A stretch of 64,000 bases of DNA, from positions 2,864 through 66,863 of IMG/VR virus record IMGVR_UViG_3300021387_002242; one strand, written 5' to 3'. Under the pieces are notes generated by a model. That model ran no database searches, had not been told where the DNA came from, and saw only the letters and a program-made list of their open reading frames with translations. Origin of the DNA: a virus. A program made the translations under genes and the position numbers. Each line of letters begins with the position of its first letter. Within the stretch, counting starts at the first letter, position 1. Positions 8,777 through 17,789 of the stretch are shown here, in pieces.

Positions 8777-9183
8777 ATCGTACCCCCTAACGCGCTGTAC
8801 AGCGCTGATATTACGTTTGCAGCTTTCCCGTTCCCGAAGAATTCCTGGCGCATAGAAACTACCTTATAGCGATTGTGTAAGAACTCCTTGTCCTGGGATA
8901 TCTTTGTGGGCGAGTAGTCACATTTGAACTCCCGGCAAATAGCAGGACGCACGCTGTAGATCGAACATTTACGCTTCACGTTATCCCTGAAAAAACAGGT
9001 CACGTCAAAGTCCGCTGACACCATCACGTTATGCCTTTCCTTGATGTTGTTAGCCTTGACGTACTTGTGAATACGGCGAAGGTCTTCTGGGCTTACCGGG
9101 AGGAAATCCGAGCAGCACTCACCGCAGTTCGAACAGCGGCCGTGGTCGGTGAAGTCGGTGACGCCGGCAGCGTCGCGCAGCAT
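8773..9183 (-). CDS. YkgJ/UPF0153-family Fe-S (CxxCxxCC) protein
   Basis: CSNCGECCSDF ... CFF ... CREFKC pattern of the 'zinc/iron-chelating domain' family; start set at the ATG right after the upstream stop. Confidence 0.55.
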   Translation of the reverse strand: MLRDAAGVTDFTDHGRCSNCGECCSDFLPVSPEDLRRIHKYVKANNIKERHNVMVSADFDVTCFFRDNVKRKCSIYSVRPAICREFKCDYSPTKISQDKEFLHNRYKVVSMRQEFFGNGKAANVISALYSALGGTI

Positions 9184-9187
9184 ATCG

Positions 9188-9409
9188 TCAATCGAGCCTA
9201 CCACTTGCACCACCCCCGTCCTCAATGTTCGCCTCGCCGGTAAAGATGAATCGGCTGTATTCCTTGCGGTTGTTGCGATCTTCGAGCCAAACTACCAGCT
9301 CAAACAGGTCAAGGTCATTAGCGACTACTTGCACACCGTTGATGTCGAGCATGTTTGTGCGCCCGGTGTCGCGCACTTTGAGAATCTGATCACGAACATT
9401 GCTGGTCAC
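9188..9409 (-). CDS. hypothetical protein
   Basis: GTG start with RBS aaaggggg. Confidence 0.4.
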   Translation of the reverse strand: MTSNVRDQILKVRDTGRTNMLDINGVQVVANDLDLFELVVWLEDRNNRKEYSRFIFTGEANIEDGGGASGRLD

Positions 9410-9426
9410 GATAACGCCCCCTTTCA

Positions 9427-9582
9427 GTCATACAGCCCAAGGCTGCGGTTATAGCGTTCTTCACGCTTCAGGTCGAGGTATTCCTGGTATTCTGACTGAG
9501 CCAGCACGTCCCAATCTTCATAATCGAAACCAGCAAATTGCCAGTCCCACCAATGCTTAAGCTCTGACTTTGTGTCTTTCAT
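9427..9582 (-). CDS. hypothetical small protein (51 aa)
   Basis: MKDTKSELKHWWDWQFAGFDYEDWDVLAQSEYQEYLDLKREERYNRSLGLYD; strong RBS gaaaggagcggaacacATG; below the track cutoff. Confidence 0.35.
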
Positions 9583-9596
9583 GTGTTCCGCTCCTT

Positions 9597-9782
9597 TCAG
9601 ATAGCGTCATAGTTGATCTTGTGGGTATTTGAGGAATAGATCAGAGCACCGGTCGTGACGTTCTTAATAGCTGTGACGGCGGGGTTCGTAGCAAGCGCCA
9701 CGATGCCGGAAAGGCCCAGCTTGAAAACCCCTGATTCCTGGATTCCATCCTGCAGGAAGAATGCCTCAATCATTTTTATCAC
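9597..9782 (-). CDS. hypothetical small protein
   Basis: RBS agaaaggtgataaaaATG. Confidence 0.35.
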   Translation of the reverse strand: MIKMIEAFFLQDGIQESGVFKLGLSGIVALATNPAVTAIKNVTTGALIYSSNTHKINYDAI

Positions 9783-9837
9783 CTTTCTGCCCGATTGGGC
9801 TGCCCACGTAAAATGCCCACGGATGGGCGATAGACTT

Positions 9838-10167
9838 TCAGAATTTGCGGGAGATAAGCTCCATCAATTCATGCGCAGCGGTTAGCAAACTGTCGCCCGT
9901 AATACATACGACGTAAAGTAGACCATAGGGGTCTGCAACGTCAGGGCGCTCCGTTTCCCATACAAAGAAATATTCTTCGCCAGGTGTCAAAATGAATCTT
10001 TCACAATCCCAGGGATTGAACTCCTTGACAATCTCGTCGGTCAGCTTGCTAAATGTGATAAGAATATCCTTACGCCGTCCGTAAGAGCGCACGAGCTTTT
10101 CTAATTCGATGGCGATATGGTAGAGGCTTTCTTGACGATTCGTTGTAACGTTGTCGTTGCTCATCAT
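9838..10167 (-). CDS. hypothetical protein
   Basis: Start moved to MMSNDNV with RBS gaaaggagaatc. Confidence 0.4.
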   Translation of the reverse strand: MMSNDNVTTNRQESLYHIAIELEKLVRSYGRRKDILITFSKLTDEIVKEFNPWDCERFILTPGEEYFFVWETERPDVADPYGLLYVVCITGDSLLTAAHELMELISRKF

Positions 10168-10193
10168 GATTCTCCTTTCTGCCCGTTGGGCGG

Positions 10194-10580
10194 TCAAACG
10201 TCGATGCCTACAGAGTGGTAGGCGTAGAATCCGTTGTTGCGAGTGAAAACCTTGAACCACTGGGTGAACGGTTTGCCGGTGCAATCGTAGGGGCTGCAGA
10301 TCGGCGGGTAGCTGAAGAAGTCCTGGAAGAACTCGGCAGCTTGCTCAACGGAAGTGAAGTCATCAGGCAGCCTTACAAGTTCGATGTACCCGTCGTAGTC
10401 GCCCTTGATGACCTTGCGCTCATAACCGACTTCACGGTGTGAAAACTGGCGCAGCGCCCGCTTGCAGGTCTTGATGAAATCTCGTGCTCGTTCGGGGTTA
10501 TCCACCCGATCAACTTCCTTCTCGAGCATGCGCATCAGGGTGAGGTTGATGCGATAATCGGTAGCGTTTGCGATGTACAT
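10194..10580 (-). CDS. hypothetical protein
   Basis: 128-aa ORF with coding-like composition. Confidence 0.4.
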   Translation of the reverse strand: MYIANATDYRINLTLMRMLEKEVDRVDNPERARDFIKTCKRALRQFSHREVGYERKVIKGDYDGYIELVRLPDDFTSVEQAAEFFQDFFSYPPICSPYDCTGKPFTQWFKVFTRNNGFYAYHSVGIDV

Positions 10581-10596
10581 TCTCCAGTCTCCTTTC

Positions 10597-10767
10597 TTAT
10601 CGCGCCAGGAACGCGGCTGCGATGATCTGAGCGCCGGCGCTGAACATTGCCTGGGTGATTTTGCCCTGTGCCAGCATGGCGTGGTTAGCGGCGCTGGTCT
10701 CCTCGATGGACTTCATCTCGAGCATCATCCGGATGGCCTTCTCGTATTCCTTGACCTGGTTCTTCAT
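10597..10767 (-). CDS. hypothetical small protein
   Basis: MKNQVKEYEKAIRMM...; RBS aggggaaaacc; first gene downstream of promoter copy 2. Confidence 0.35.
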   Translation of the reverse strand: MKNQVKEYEKAIRMMLEMKSIEETSAANHAMLAQGKITQAMFSAGAQIIAAAFLAR

Positions 10768-10799
10768 GGTGGTTTTCCCCTTTCCCTTGATCTGAGACA

Positions 10800-10846
10800 A
10801 TATTACCATAGAAGTATTGCAAAGTCAAGCTAAGTGTATGATAACT
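10800..10846 (-). promoter_or_regulatory. conserved leftward promoter/operator element, copy 2 (TTGACT-N17-TAATAT)
   Basis: Reverse complement reads agttatcatacacttagcTTGACTttgcaatacttctatggTAATAT. Confidence 0.6.
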
Positions 10847-10858
10847 GAGAAAGGCTTG

Positions 10859-11818
10859 TCACGCGATAGCCCCAGCCTGGTCAAGGACATGCAGCATACC
10901 TTCGATTTTATCACGGCAAGCGATTACTTCAAGCCAGGGGCGCGGGATTGCGCCGTAGCCGTAGTAAAGGCCAGCCAGACCGCCAGCAACGGCAGCTACG
11001 GTATCAGTGTCGTCCCCAAGGTTGACGGCGGCGAGAAGGGCCGCTGAGAGCCTGTGAGAGCATGCCAGGCACCACACAGCCGCTTCGAGCGTGTCCACGA
11101 CATAGCCAGAGCTTTTGATCGCGGTGACTGGGAGAGCGGCAAAGGCTTTCACATCGAACAGACGGCGATACTGGTACAGTTCTGACTTATCGTCGAGGCA
11201 AGCGGTATAGAACGCGACGCCATCATCGATACCACGCTGCAGCGCGTCGATCAAACGACCAGGATGATTCACAATTGACTTTGCCAGGAAGTAGTACAGA
11301 CCACAACCAATCCTGGAACGAAGATGGGCATGGGTGAGAGCACTGACGCGGTCGATGGTTGAAATAGCCACACGATCTGGAAGCTCTCTGTCCAGGCACC
11401 AGAGCACAACTGGCATGATACGCATAAGGCTACCGTTCCCGTTGTCTGCTTCGTTTCGGCTGCCACACTGTGTAACATCCGCTCCATCGATGTATCTCTG
11501 GATTGCTTCTCTCGTTCCGCGCCCAACTCCGAAGGTAAAGCCATAAGGTGTGAACGAACCGTCCTGAAGCCAACGACAAAAATTGCACATGATATCATCC
11601 AGATCAATAACACCACGTCGTTTGATGCTTTCAACGGTCGCAATGGTCATGGACGTGTCGTCAGTCCAAGTCCCAGCCGGAAGCGAATACGTGCCGAAAC
11701 CACGCATGTCTCCGACTGAATTCATGGCAAGCTGGGAGCGGTTCATCATCTCAACCGGGCGACCCAGAGCGTCGCCAACGACGACGCCCATGATTGCAGA
11801 TTTCCACATGTTCAGCAT
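10859..11818 (-). CDS. ADP-ribosylglycohydrolase (ARH/DraG family)
   Basis: N-terminal GVVVGDALGRPVE and C-terminal LGDDTDTVAAVAGGLAG motifs of the ADP-ribosylglycohydrolase family. Confidence 0.8.
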   Translation of the reverse strand: MLNMWKSAIMGVVVGDALGRPVEMMNRSQLAMNSVGDMRGFGTYSLPAGTWTDDTSMTIATVESIKRRGVIDLDDIMCNFCRWLQDGSFTPYGFTFGVGRGTREAIQRYIDGADVTQCGSRNEADNGNGSLMRIMPVVLWCLDRELPDRVAISTIDRVSALTHAHLRSRIGCGLYYFLAKSIVNHPGRLIDALQRGIDDGVAFYTACLDDKSELYQYRRLFDVKAFAALPVTAIKSSGYVVDTLEAAVWCLACSHRLSAALLAAVNLGDDTDTVAAVAGGLAGLYYGYGAIPRPWLEVIACRDKIEGMLHVLDQAGAIA

Positions 11819-12283
11819 TTACCATGCTCCCTTCAGATCGTCCGGGAATTTGAATTCGTAGCTGTCGTTCAACGCTTCAACCAGAATGTCACGGTTCAGG
11901 TGGAAGCGTTCGTAGCCTTCGGAGATGGTGTAGAAATACCCCGAGCTTGGCGGCACGATAGGCCGGCCGGCGTTCATGATGTAAACCATCGCCCTGGCAT
12001 TGAAGCGCTTGCTGCCGGGAGTATGCACGCTTACGGACAGGTACTGCTTCCGGTAATACTTCGGATAACCCTCATAGCGGTCGAGACGCTGCTCGTCACG
12101 TTCGGAGATCGCCCAGACGATCACTGGAACTTCGGAGCCTTTACACGGCTCGATGGTGGCATGCACTCGGAATACGAGCTTCCAGTCCTTGAGGGTTGCC
12201 TTGCCGATGACATGCGCGTCCGGGCACCGGAACGCCATCTGAGCGACAGAGAGATTGCTGCCATAAGCCACATAATACTTCAT
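11819..12283 (-). CDS. gamma-glutamyl cyclotransferase-like (AIG2/GGCT fold) protein
   Basis: N-terminal YVAYGSNLSVAQM motif; stop overlaps the ARH start (ATGA). Confidence 0.7.
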   Translation of the reverse strand: MKYYVAYGSNLSVAQMAFRCPDAHVIGKATLKDWKLVFRVHATIEPCKGSEVPVIVWAISERDEQRLDRYEGYPKYYRKQYLSVSVHTPGSKRFNARAMVYIMNAGRPIVPPSSGYFYTISEGYERFHLNRDILVEALNDSYEFKFPDDLKGAW

Positions 12284-12286
12284 AGA

Positions 12287-12499
12287 TTAGTCCTTCCTTT
12301 CAATGGTCATGATAGATTCTTTTGGAGCGATTGGTTCATCGGTGACGTAGAACTCAACGCCGTCAAAATGTTCTGGGTCGAGCTGGACTTCACCGTTGTG
12401 ATAAGCGTCCGAGACGCGCCGGTGGGCTTCGGACGGACTTCTGGCTTCCACGGTGACGATGCGCCGCAGGGTTTCGGTGATGGCGACTTTATACAGCAT
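12287..12499 (-). CDS. hypothetical small protein
   Basis: 70-aa ORF between GGCT and amidoligase. Confidence 0.4.
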   Translation of the reverse strand: MLYKVAITETLRRIVTVEARSPSEAHRRVSDAYHNGEVQLDPEHFDGVEFYVTDEPIAPKESIMTIERKD

Positions 12500-12542
12500 G
12501 GACTTTCTCCCTTCACAGGGCTGGGAATAAACCCAGCCCAGA

Positions 12543-13523
12543 TTAACATGCAGCAGTGGTAGGCTGGTCGACTTTCTGCCTCCAGGCGCAATTCCCGCTC
12601 AGATTCCGCAACAGGATATCCCGCGCCGTCTCGAACTCCTTACCGATGAAGCCCAACCGGAGCAGCCAGCACCGGAAAGCGTACTTCTCGTTCTCGGTCT
12701 GCTGGGGCTTTGGGCTGGCATACTTGACTTCCTTCGCCAACTCGCTCATGGCAATGCACAACTGAATGTAGGCCTTCAGCTCGCCGGCGTGGATGTTGCC
12801 GTACTTGCCATCGTGGGGGTCGGCGAACTGGAACAGCCGGAACTCAATGGTGCCTTTGGTGAAGGAAGCGTGGAGGTTGAGCATATGGTAGCGGCTGTCG
12901 TTGTAGTGCTGATTGCGCCCGACGTTGCAGCGCTGGGAAATATACCAGATATCAGCGAGGGCATCCATCGTCTGCGGCTTCTTGGTGTTGATGTCGGCCA
13001 GGAAGCGAGGGTCGATCACGCGGCAGTAATCGCGGGTACGATTTCGGTCGATACGAATGGCCCGACCGATCTGGCTCTCATGCGCAGCCATGATGTTGAC
13101 GAGGTTTCGCAGCGTCTTAGCGTCGTGATTCCGGCCATCAAGCCCATTCAAGCCGACGTGAATGTGGATTCCGCAGCCGCGCTTCGGGCAGGACTTCGCG
13201 CCATTCTTGCGCAGCTCTCGCAGGAGACCCTGCAACGTTCTGATGTCGTTGTACACCAAGATCGGGGTAACGAGTTCGCACCGCTCGTCGTCCGGACCGT
13301 GGATGGAAACGTCTCGGCTGAACTTCCACTCACGCCCCTGGGCATCGTAGGCGCTCCACGTCATGTACCCGTTGCGGCTGGCGGTGTACTCGTAGCGATT
13401 GGTGCCGAGAAACTCGGCGGCCAACTTGGCAGCGTTCTGACGGGTGATGTTGTTCATCTCGACTTCGACGCCAAAGGTCTGCTGCTTCATGGCGGCGATC
13501 TGATGCAGAGTGGATTCTTTCAT
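12543..13523 (-). CDS. amidoligase (glutamine-synthetase-like COOH-NH2 ligase, Amidoligase_2-like)
   Basis: N-terminal FGVEVEM motif and size match the Amidoligase_2 family; start moved to MKESTL with RBS aaaggagcg. Confidence 0.5.
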   Translation of the reverse strand: MKESTLHQIAAMKQQTFGVEVEMNNITRQNAAKLAAEFLGTNRYEYTASRNGYMTWSAYDAQGREWKFSRDVSIHGPDDERCELVTPILVYNDIRTLQGLLRELRKNGAKSCPKRGCGIHIHVGLNGLDGRNHDAKTLRNLVNIMAAHESQIGRAIRIDRNRTRDYCRVIDPRFLADINTKKPQTMDALADIWYISQRCNVGRNQHYNDSRYHMLNLHASFTKGTIEFRLFQFADPHDGKYGNIHAGELKAYIQLCIAMSELAKEVKYASPKPQQTENEKYAFRCWLLRLGFIGKEFETARDILLRNLSGNCAWRQKVDQPTTAAC

Positions 13524-13561
13524 GGGTAACGCTCCTTTCCGGTGGCTCATTTGATAGTGTG

Positions 13562-13610
13562 ATGTTACATTGTTTATGCTGCAAAGTACACTAAGAAACA
13601 GCTAAATGGG
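13562..13610 (-). promoter_or_regulatory. degenerate copy 7 of the conserved leftward promoter element
   Basis: agctaaatggg ... -35-like TGTACT, N17, TAACAT on the minus strand, just upstream of the amidoligase operon. Confidence 0.35.
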
Positions 13611-13671
13611 ATTGTTGTTTGTGTGTCCTTTTGATGTTACAGACTGTAACACTTTGGGAGCGCACCCCGTA

Positions 13672-13812
13672 TCACCCGACAAAGTGAACGGGGCAGCGGG
13701 CGATGAAATCGCCCAGGGTTTCTTCTTCTTCCATCTCGAACTCGTTGTCGATCTCGGTATAACCGAAGTCGAATGAATCCAGCTTCTCGTAGTACAGATC
13801 GCTCTTTGTCAT
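13672..13812 (-). CDS. hypothetical small acidic protein (46 aa)
   Basis: MTKSDLYYEKLDSFDFGYTEIDNEFEMEEEETLGDFIARCPVHFVG with RBS aaaggggttgcc; lies downstream of promoter copy 3. Confidence 0.3.
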   Translation of the reverse strand: MTKSDLYYEKLDSFDFGYTEIDNEFEMEEEETLGDFIARCPVHFVG

Positions 13813-13861
13813 TGTTGGCAACCCCTTTCTTGGTCGGTGGTGTGTTCCTCTTTCTGGGGTA

Positions 13862-13908
13862 ATATTACAATAGAACTATTGTAAAGTAAAGCTAAATGAA
13901 TGATAACT
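13862..13908 (-). promoter_or_regulatory. conserved leftward promoter/operator element, copy 3 (TTTACT-N17-TAATAT)
   Basis: Reverse complement reads agttatcattcatttagcTTTACTttacaatagttctattgTAATAT. Confidence 0.55.
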
Positions 13909-14229
13909 AAATAGAGAATGGGAGGAAGCGATAGGTGGCTGCCGGGAATGAAAAAACGCCCCGGCGAATGCCAGGACGCAGACATAAGAAAAAGGCCGGT
14001 TGCCCGACCTTATCCCTTCGCTCAATGCGAAGTCCAGATATTGCGGCAGGATTCTCACCTGCACGAAGCCACCACAGCTTCAAATCAGCATCTTCCATAT
14101 AACCGCACAGATGTTGGTTAGTCATTCTGTGGGCCGTCATGGATAAACGGGATTTCACCGTTTCACGGCTATTATGCGTCTGCTTCCGCCACGCAATACC
14201 CCCGCGCAAGCGCGGCCCCTCCAACTACT

Positions 14230-14485
14230 ATACCCAGAGAACAGGCCCGTGGGTTTCTTAATTGGATTGCTTGGATTATAGCATATCCCATCGCGGATGT
14301 CAACTCAATGATGTGCCATGTGCGAGGATTACCCATACATGACCCTAGTTTTACCCTAAACGCCAGTCAATCTGTGTCTAGTTGTGTCGATTCACCCGCA
14401 TATTATAAAGGAAGGAATATAGACAGCAATAGCCAGTATATGCCACAAATTACAGTACCGAACATCAAGCGGTTAAAAGAGTATA
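14230..14485. other. candidate attP region (AT-rich, repeated ACCCTAA motifs) on the 3' side of int
   Basis: Non-coding AT-rich block next to the integrase 3' end; ttttaccctaaacg and gaccctaaataataccctaatc repeats are candidate arm-type sites. Confidence 0.3.
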
Positions 14486-14515
14486 CAAGAAAAAGCCCCG
14501 TAAATACGGGGCTTC
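14486..14515 (-). terminator. rho-independent terminator of int
   Basis: agccccgtaaatacggggct hairpin followed by a T-run on the minus strand. Confidence 0.5.
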
Positions 14516-14552
14516 TGGCGCTTTGAAAGATGATTTGACCCTAAATAATACC

Positions 14553-15722
14553 CTAATCAGCGTTTTTTTGCAGGTACTTGGACAACTTGGATGCTCCATC
14601 CTTGCCCGCGTCTTCGGTGTAAGCCATATAGACATCCAGGGTCATGCTCGCCTTTTTATGGCCCAGGTTGTGCTGTACGGTTTTGACGTCCATACAGGAC
14701 CGCAGAGCGGCAACAGCATAAGAGTGCCGGAGGTCATGCGGGTGTAGCTCTGGAATCCCTATATCCATACCAACGCGGCGAACACAGGTAAAAATGGTCT
14801 TCTCACCGTGGGCTTTCCCATCACGCTGACGGAACACCAGGTCGTGACTCAACTCATCATCACACCAGTCTCCACCCTTTGCTATGCGCTGTTCCGCTTG
14901 CTTGCGGCGTTGATCGCGCAGTATATCTATAGCTTCCTTTGGGAGATGAATCAAACGCTCCTCCTCATATTTCGGCGGGGTTATGCGCTGAATACTAATG
15001 GACTTAGCATGGAGCTGACGCTGGACAAACATTGTGCCGACATCGAAATCAACGTCAGACCAGCGCAGCCCGCGCACTTCTCCGATTCGCAACCCGGTAT
15101 AGAGCATGAAAATCAGCTCGTTCCCGTACCTGGTTTTATTGGCGGCAGCGATGAAGTCTTGGAACTGTGTCCGCTCGATGATGTGGAACTTCTTAACCTT
15201 GCCACGGGAGACGGACACAAGTGCTGCCGGGTTTTCTTTAATCAGCCTGGATTCGATAGCGCAGTTTAACGCGGTTCTCAAGATGCGGCAGTAATTGCTG
15301 ATGGTAACCTGGGACAGACCACGATCTTGCATGGACGAAACCATACGGCGAACGTGGATAGGGGCGAGTTTAGACAGCTTCACGTCACCAATGGTCGGCT
15401 TGAAGTTATGGTTCAATATAGATTTGTACTTGATAACTGTGCGCTCGGAGTTTTCGCCCTGATAATCGGCAATCCAGATGTCCAACCATTGCGAGACAGT
15501 CATTTTTGACGGTTCACGCCAGATGCCGGAATCCAGCTCGTGTAGCTGTGTGCGCAGCTTTGTGGTAACTTCTTTCTCGGTTTTGGCATAAACGGAGCGC
15601 TGCCGGCCATCGGGAGTGGTGTACCTGGCTTCCCAACGGCCATCGGAGCGTTGACGGATGGAACCCATGCCGTTATTCGACCGGGAGTTCTTCTTCTTCG
15701 GCAAAATAACGCCACCTTTCAT
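14553..15722 (-). CDS. int: tyrosine-type site-specific integrase
   Basis: N-terminal arm-binding-like GSIRQRSDGRWEARY, core-binding and catalytic domains with the R...HDLRH...Y pattern (HPHDLRHSYA...LGH...Y). Confidence 0.85.
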   Translation of the reverse strand: MKGGVILPKKKNSRSNNGMGSIRQRSDGRWEARYTTPDGRQRSVYAKTEKEVTTKLRTQLHELDSGIWREPSKMTVSQWLDIWIADYQGENSERTVIKYKSILNHNFKPTIGDVKLSKLAPIHVRRMVSSMQDRGLSQVTISNYCRILRTALNCAIESRLIKENPAALVSVSRGKVKKFHIIERTQFQDFIAAANKTRYGNELIFMLYTGLRIGEVRGLRWSDVDFDVGTMFVQRQLHAKSISIQRITPPKYEEERLIHLPKEAIDILRDQRRKQAEQRIAKGGDWCDDELSHDLVFRQRDGKAHGEKTIFTCVRRVGMDIGIPELHPHDLRHSYAVAALRSCMDVKTVQHNLGHKKASMTLDVYMAYTEDAGKDGASKLSKYLQKNAD

Positions 15723-15724
15723 CG

Positions 15725-16138
15725 TTAATGTTGGGCCAGACTTTCCAGATCGTCACGATACATGTCGATAGCCATTTGTGCGAACTCCTGCGTTACGTCG
15801 AAATAGTCGGCCAATGCCCACGGCGACCAGTAGCCCAGATGAATGGCGCGAAGGACATCATGGTATGGCATCAATAACTCTACAGCGCGTTTATTCGCTT
15901 TGTACTCGCATTTCTCCCAGTTATCGTACAGGGAATAGACGTTGTAGAAGCTTCCAGTCTCTATGTGCCCCAGCTCGTGAGCTAGGGCACATTTTAATTC
16001 CGCATCGCTTTCAAACTTATCAAGGTCTACAAAAACATACCCAGTCTGAAAAACAGCCGCCTTCAATGCCCGCGTGTGTATTTCCACAACCTCAAACCCA
16101 TGAGATGCGATTCTGTCGTAAAGCTCGTAAGTTTTCAC
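15725..16138 (-). CDS. ImmA/IrrE-family metallopeptidase (anti-repressor protease)
   Basis: HELGHIETGSF HExxH motif; adjacent to and co-oriented with the repressor. Confidence 0.7.
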   Translation of the reverse strand: MKTYELYDRIASHGFEVVEIHTRALKAAVFQTGYVFVDLDKFESDAELKCALAHELGHIETGSFYNVYSLYDNWEKCEYKANKRAVELLMPYHDVLRAIHLGYWSPWALADYFDVTQEFAQMAIDMYRDDLESLAQH

Positions 16139-16153
16139 GGCTTTACGCCCTCC

Positions 16154-16546
16154 CTATTGTCGGTTACGTCTGGCAATAATTATGTCTGCCATGGCATTAA
16201 GATCAACTAATTCATCTCTGCTAAAATCTTTCGTTTTCTTATGTACAGCAAATTCGAGCGATTCACGGGTGAGTGGACTTTCTTCTGTTACAAGAGCCTG
16301 GACACCTTCATGCTCTTGTTGGGATTGTGCATCTGGATTGTCGTATGACGCTGGGACCGGTTCGTACCCAAGTATAACTCCGTTCGTTACGCCGAAATAG
16401 TCAGACAGCTTAGTCAGTCTTTCACCGCGCGGGTCTTTCTTCTGGTTCCACCAGTCACTAATAGTGGGCCGAGACACTCCAATGCTAATCGCCAACTGCT
16501 TCTGCAAAATACCTTTTCTATCAGATAATTCCTTTACGCGGTTCAT
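16154..16546 (-). CDS. cI-like XRE-family repressor
   Basis: N-terminal HTH (LQKQLAISIGVSRPTISDWWN); divergent from cro. Confidence 0.7.
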   Translation of the reverse strand: MNRVKELSDRKGILQKQLAISIGVSRPTISDWWNQKKDPRGERLTKLSDYFGVTNGVILGYEPVPASYDNPDAQSQQEHEGVQALVTEESPLTRESLEFAVHKKTKDFSRDELVDLNAMADIIIARRNRQ

Positions 16547-16593
16547 CTGTGTGTCCTCCTTTCATTTATTAGCTAAATGTATTTTAACATAAA

Positions 16594-16619
16594 AAATTAG
16601 CTATTTCAAGAAAAATAAA
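16594..16619 (-). promoter_or_regulatory. PRM-like promoter for the repressor (TTGAAA-N17-TAAAAT on the minus strand)
   Basis: Hexamers spaced 17 bp apart, upstream of the cI RBS. Confidence 0.4.
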
Positions 16620-16642
16620 ATAGCAAAAAGACAATTATTAAC

Positions 16643-16671
16643 TTGACATTCAGCTATCAATGTGATACACT
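16643..16671 (+). promoter_or_regulatory. PR-like early promoter (TTGACA-N17-TACACT)
   Basis: Near-consensus hexamers; a TTAGCTAAAAG operator-like site overlaps +1. Confidence 0.55.
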
Positions 16672-16703
16672 TAGCTAAAAGACAAAAGCAGAGGGGTGAG
16701 ATA

Positions 16704-16907
16704 TTGAATAACATCAAGGGACTGAGAGAAAAGCTGGGCATTACCCAAAAGGCACTGGCATGGGAAGCCGGTGTTTCTGCGCCTTTCCTGTATGATCTGG
16801 AGAATGGCAACAGGAACGCGAAGCCGGAAACTCTACAGCGCATCGCAGACGTGCTGGGATGCACGGTTGAAGAACTGGCTGGTGAGACTGGAGGTGAGAC
16901 TGAATGA
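16704..16907 (+). CDS. Cro-like XRE HTH regulator
   Basis: TTG start after RBS gaggggtgag; LREKLGITQKALAWEAGVSAPFLYDLENG HTH. Confidence 0.6.
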   Translation: MNNIKGLREKLGITQKALAWEAGVSAPFLYDLENGNRNAKPETLQRIADVLGCTVEELAGETGGETE

Positions 16908-17128
16908 CTTTTGAGGAAGTCAACGCCAGAATCAAGAGACTGAACGCGCAGATACGGCAGCGCAATGACTTCCTTGCGGCAACACGCGCGGCAGACCACC
17001 TTCCTGACGGTGATCTGGACACGCTCTATGACACGCTGAAAGCGGAGATCAAGCGCCGGAACGACGTCGACAGTGAGATCTGTGATCAGCTGTACGAGTA
17101 CCGGGACAGATTGGAGGAAATCGCATGA
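16904..17128 (+). CDS. hypothetical protein
   Basis: Translationally coupled ORF. Confidence 0.4.
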   Translation: MTFEEVNARIKRLNAQIRQRNDFLAATRAADHLPDGDLDTLYDTLKAEIKRRNDVDSEICDQLYEYRDRLEEIA

Positions 17129-17322
17129 TTTACAGGTATTACTGCCCAGCTAGACCACCGGCTCCTGGGGCGATTCCCAAAGGTGCCATCAATGTGGAGT
17201 ATTCCGACGATGGCTACATGGTGGACACTGAGGGGTACAGTCACAGAGCGTGGGGTGCGGTCGAGTACGACCGAGAACTGACTGACAGGGAGATCGACGA
17301 CTACGAGTTGGACAAGGCGTAG
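17125..17322 (+). CDS. hypothetical protein
   Basis: Translationally coupled ORF. Confidence 0.4.
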   Translation: MIYRYYCPARPPAPGAIPKGAINVEYSDDGYMVDTEGYSHRAWGAVEYDRELTDREIDDYELDKA

Positions 17323-17331
17323 GAGGCAGCT

Positions 17332-17523
17332 ATGGAGAGCACAGAGCATTACCTTCTTAGTAGGGAGGAAGCATCTGAGCGTTACGGTATTAGCACAAGA
17401 AGCCTTGACAGGCTCTGCAGGGGTGACCAAACCTTCCCGGCTGCAAAGATCGGACGGCGAGTGCTGATACACAGAGACCGTGCGGACGAATGGTTCAATA
17501 AATATTACAATGGGCAAAAGTAA
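17332..17523 (+). CDS. excisionase-like/MerR-type HTH DNA-binding protein
   Basis: LLSREEASERYGISTRSLDRLCRGDQTFPAAKIGRRVLIHRDRADEW is an Xis-type winged helix. Confidence 0.45.
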   Translation: MESTEHYLLSREEASERYGISTRSLDRLCRGDQTFPAAKIGRRVLIHRDRADEWFNKYYNGQK

Positions 17524-17606
17524 ACCGCTCAGGGGCTAAAGCTGAGCGGTTAAGGCAAAAGATGGCAATGGAATAACCATCGTTTGCATTATAGCACAAA
17601 ACGTGG

Positions 17607-17789
17607 GTGAAGTCAATGATCATTAGCGAGAATTACTTGGAAAAACTCGAACACTGCTGGCTGGATGATATGCCAAGATACGAGGAAGAACCCAAGTTTG
17701 AGGATGGCATGACGCTGGCAGAGTATAAGGCAAGTTTCCCGGTTCGATTTGCATCGGAGTGTCCTGAGTGCAAGGGGGTGTACGAATGA
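17607..17789 (+). CDS. hypothetical small protein
   Basis: 60-aa ORF. Confidence 0.3.
   Translation: MKSMIISENYLEKLEHCWLDDMPRYEEEPKFEDGMTLAEYKASFPVRFASECPECKGVYE

Noticed and set aside
1-16000. Possibility that the window holds two tandem prophages (lysis genes at the start, integrase at 14.5 kb)
   Set aside because: There is only one integrase, one immunity switch, one replication module and one packaging/structural module. Lysis then cargo then attP/int then early then late is the normal circularly permuted order of a single temperate phage.
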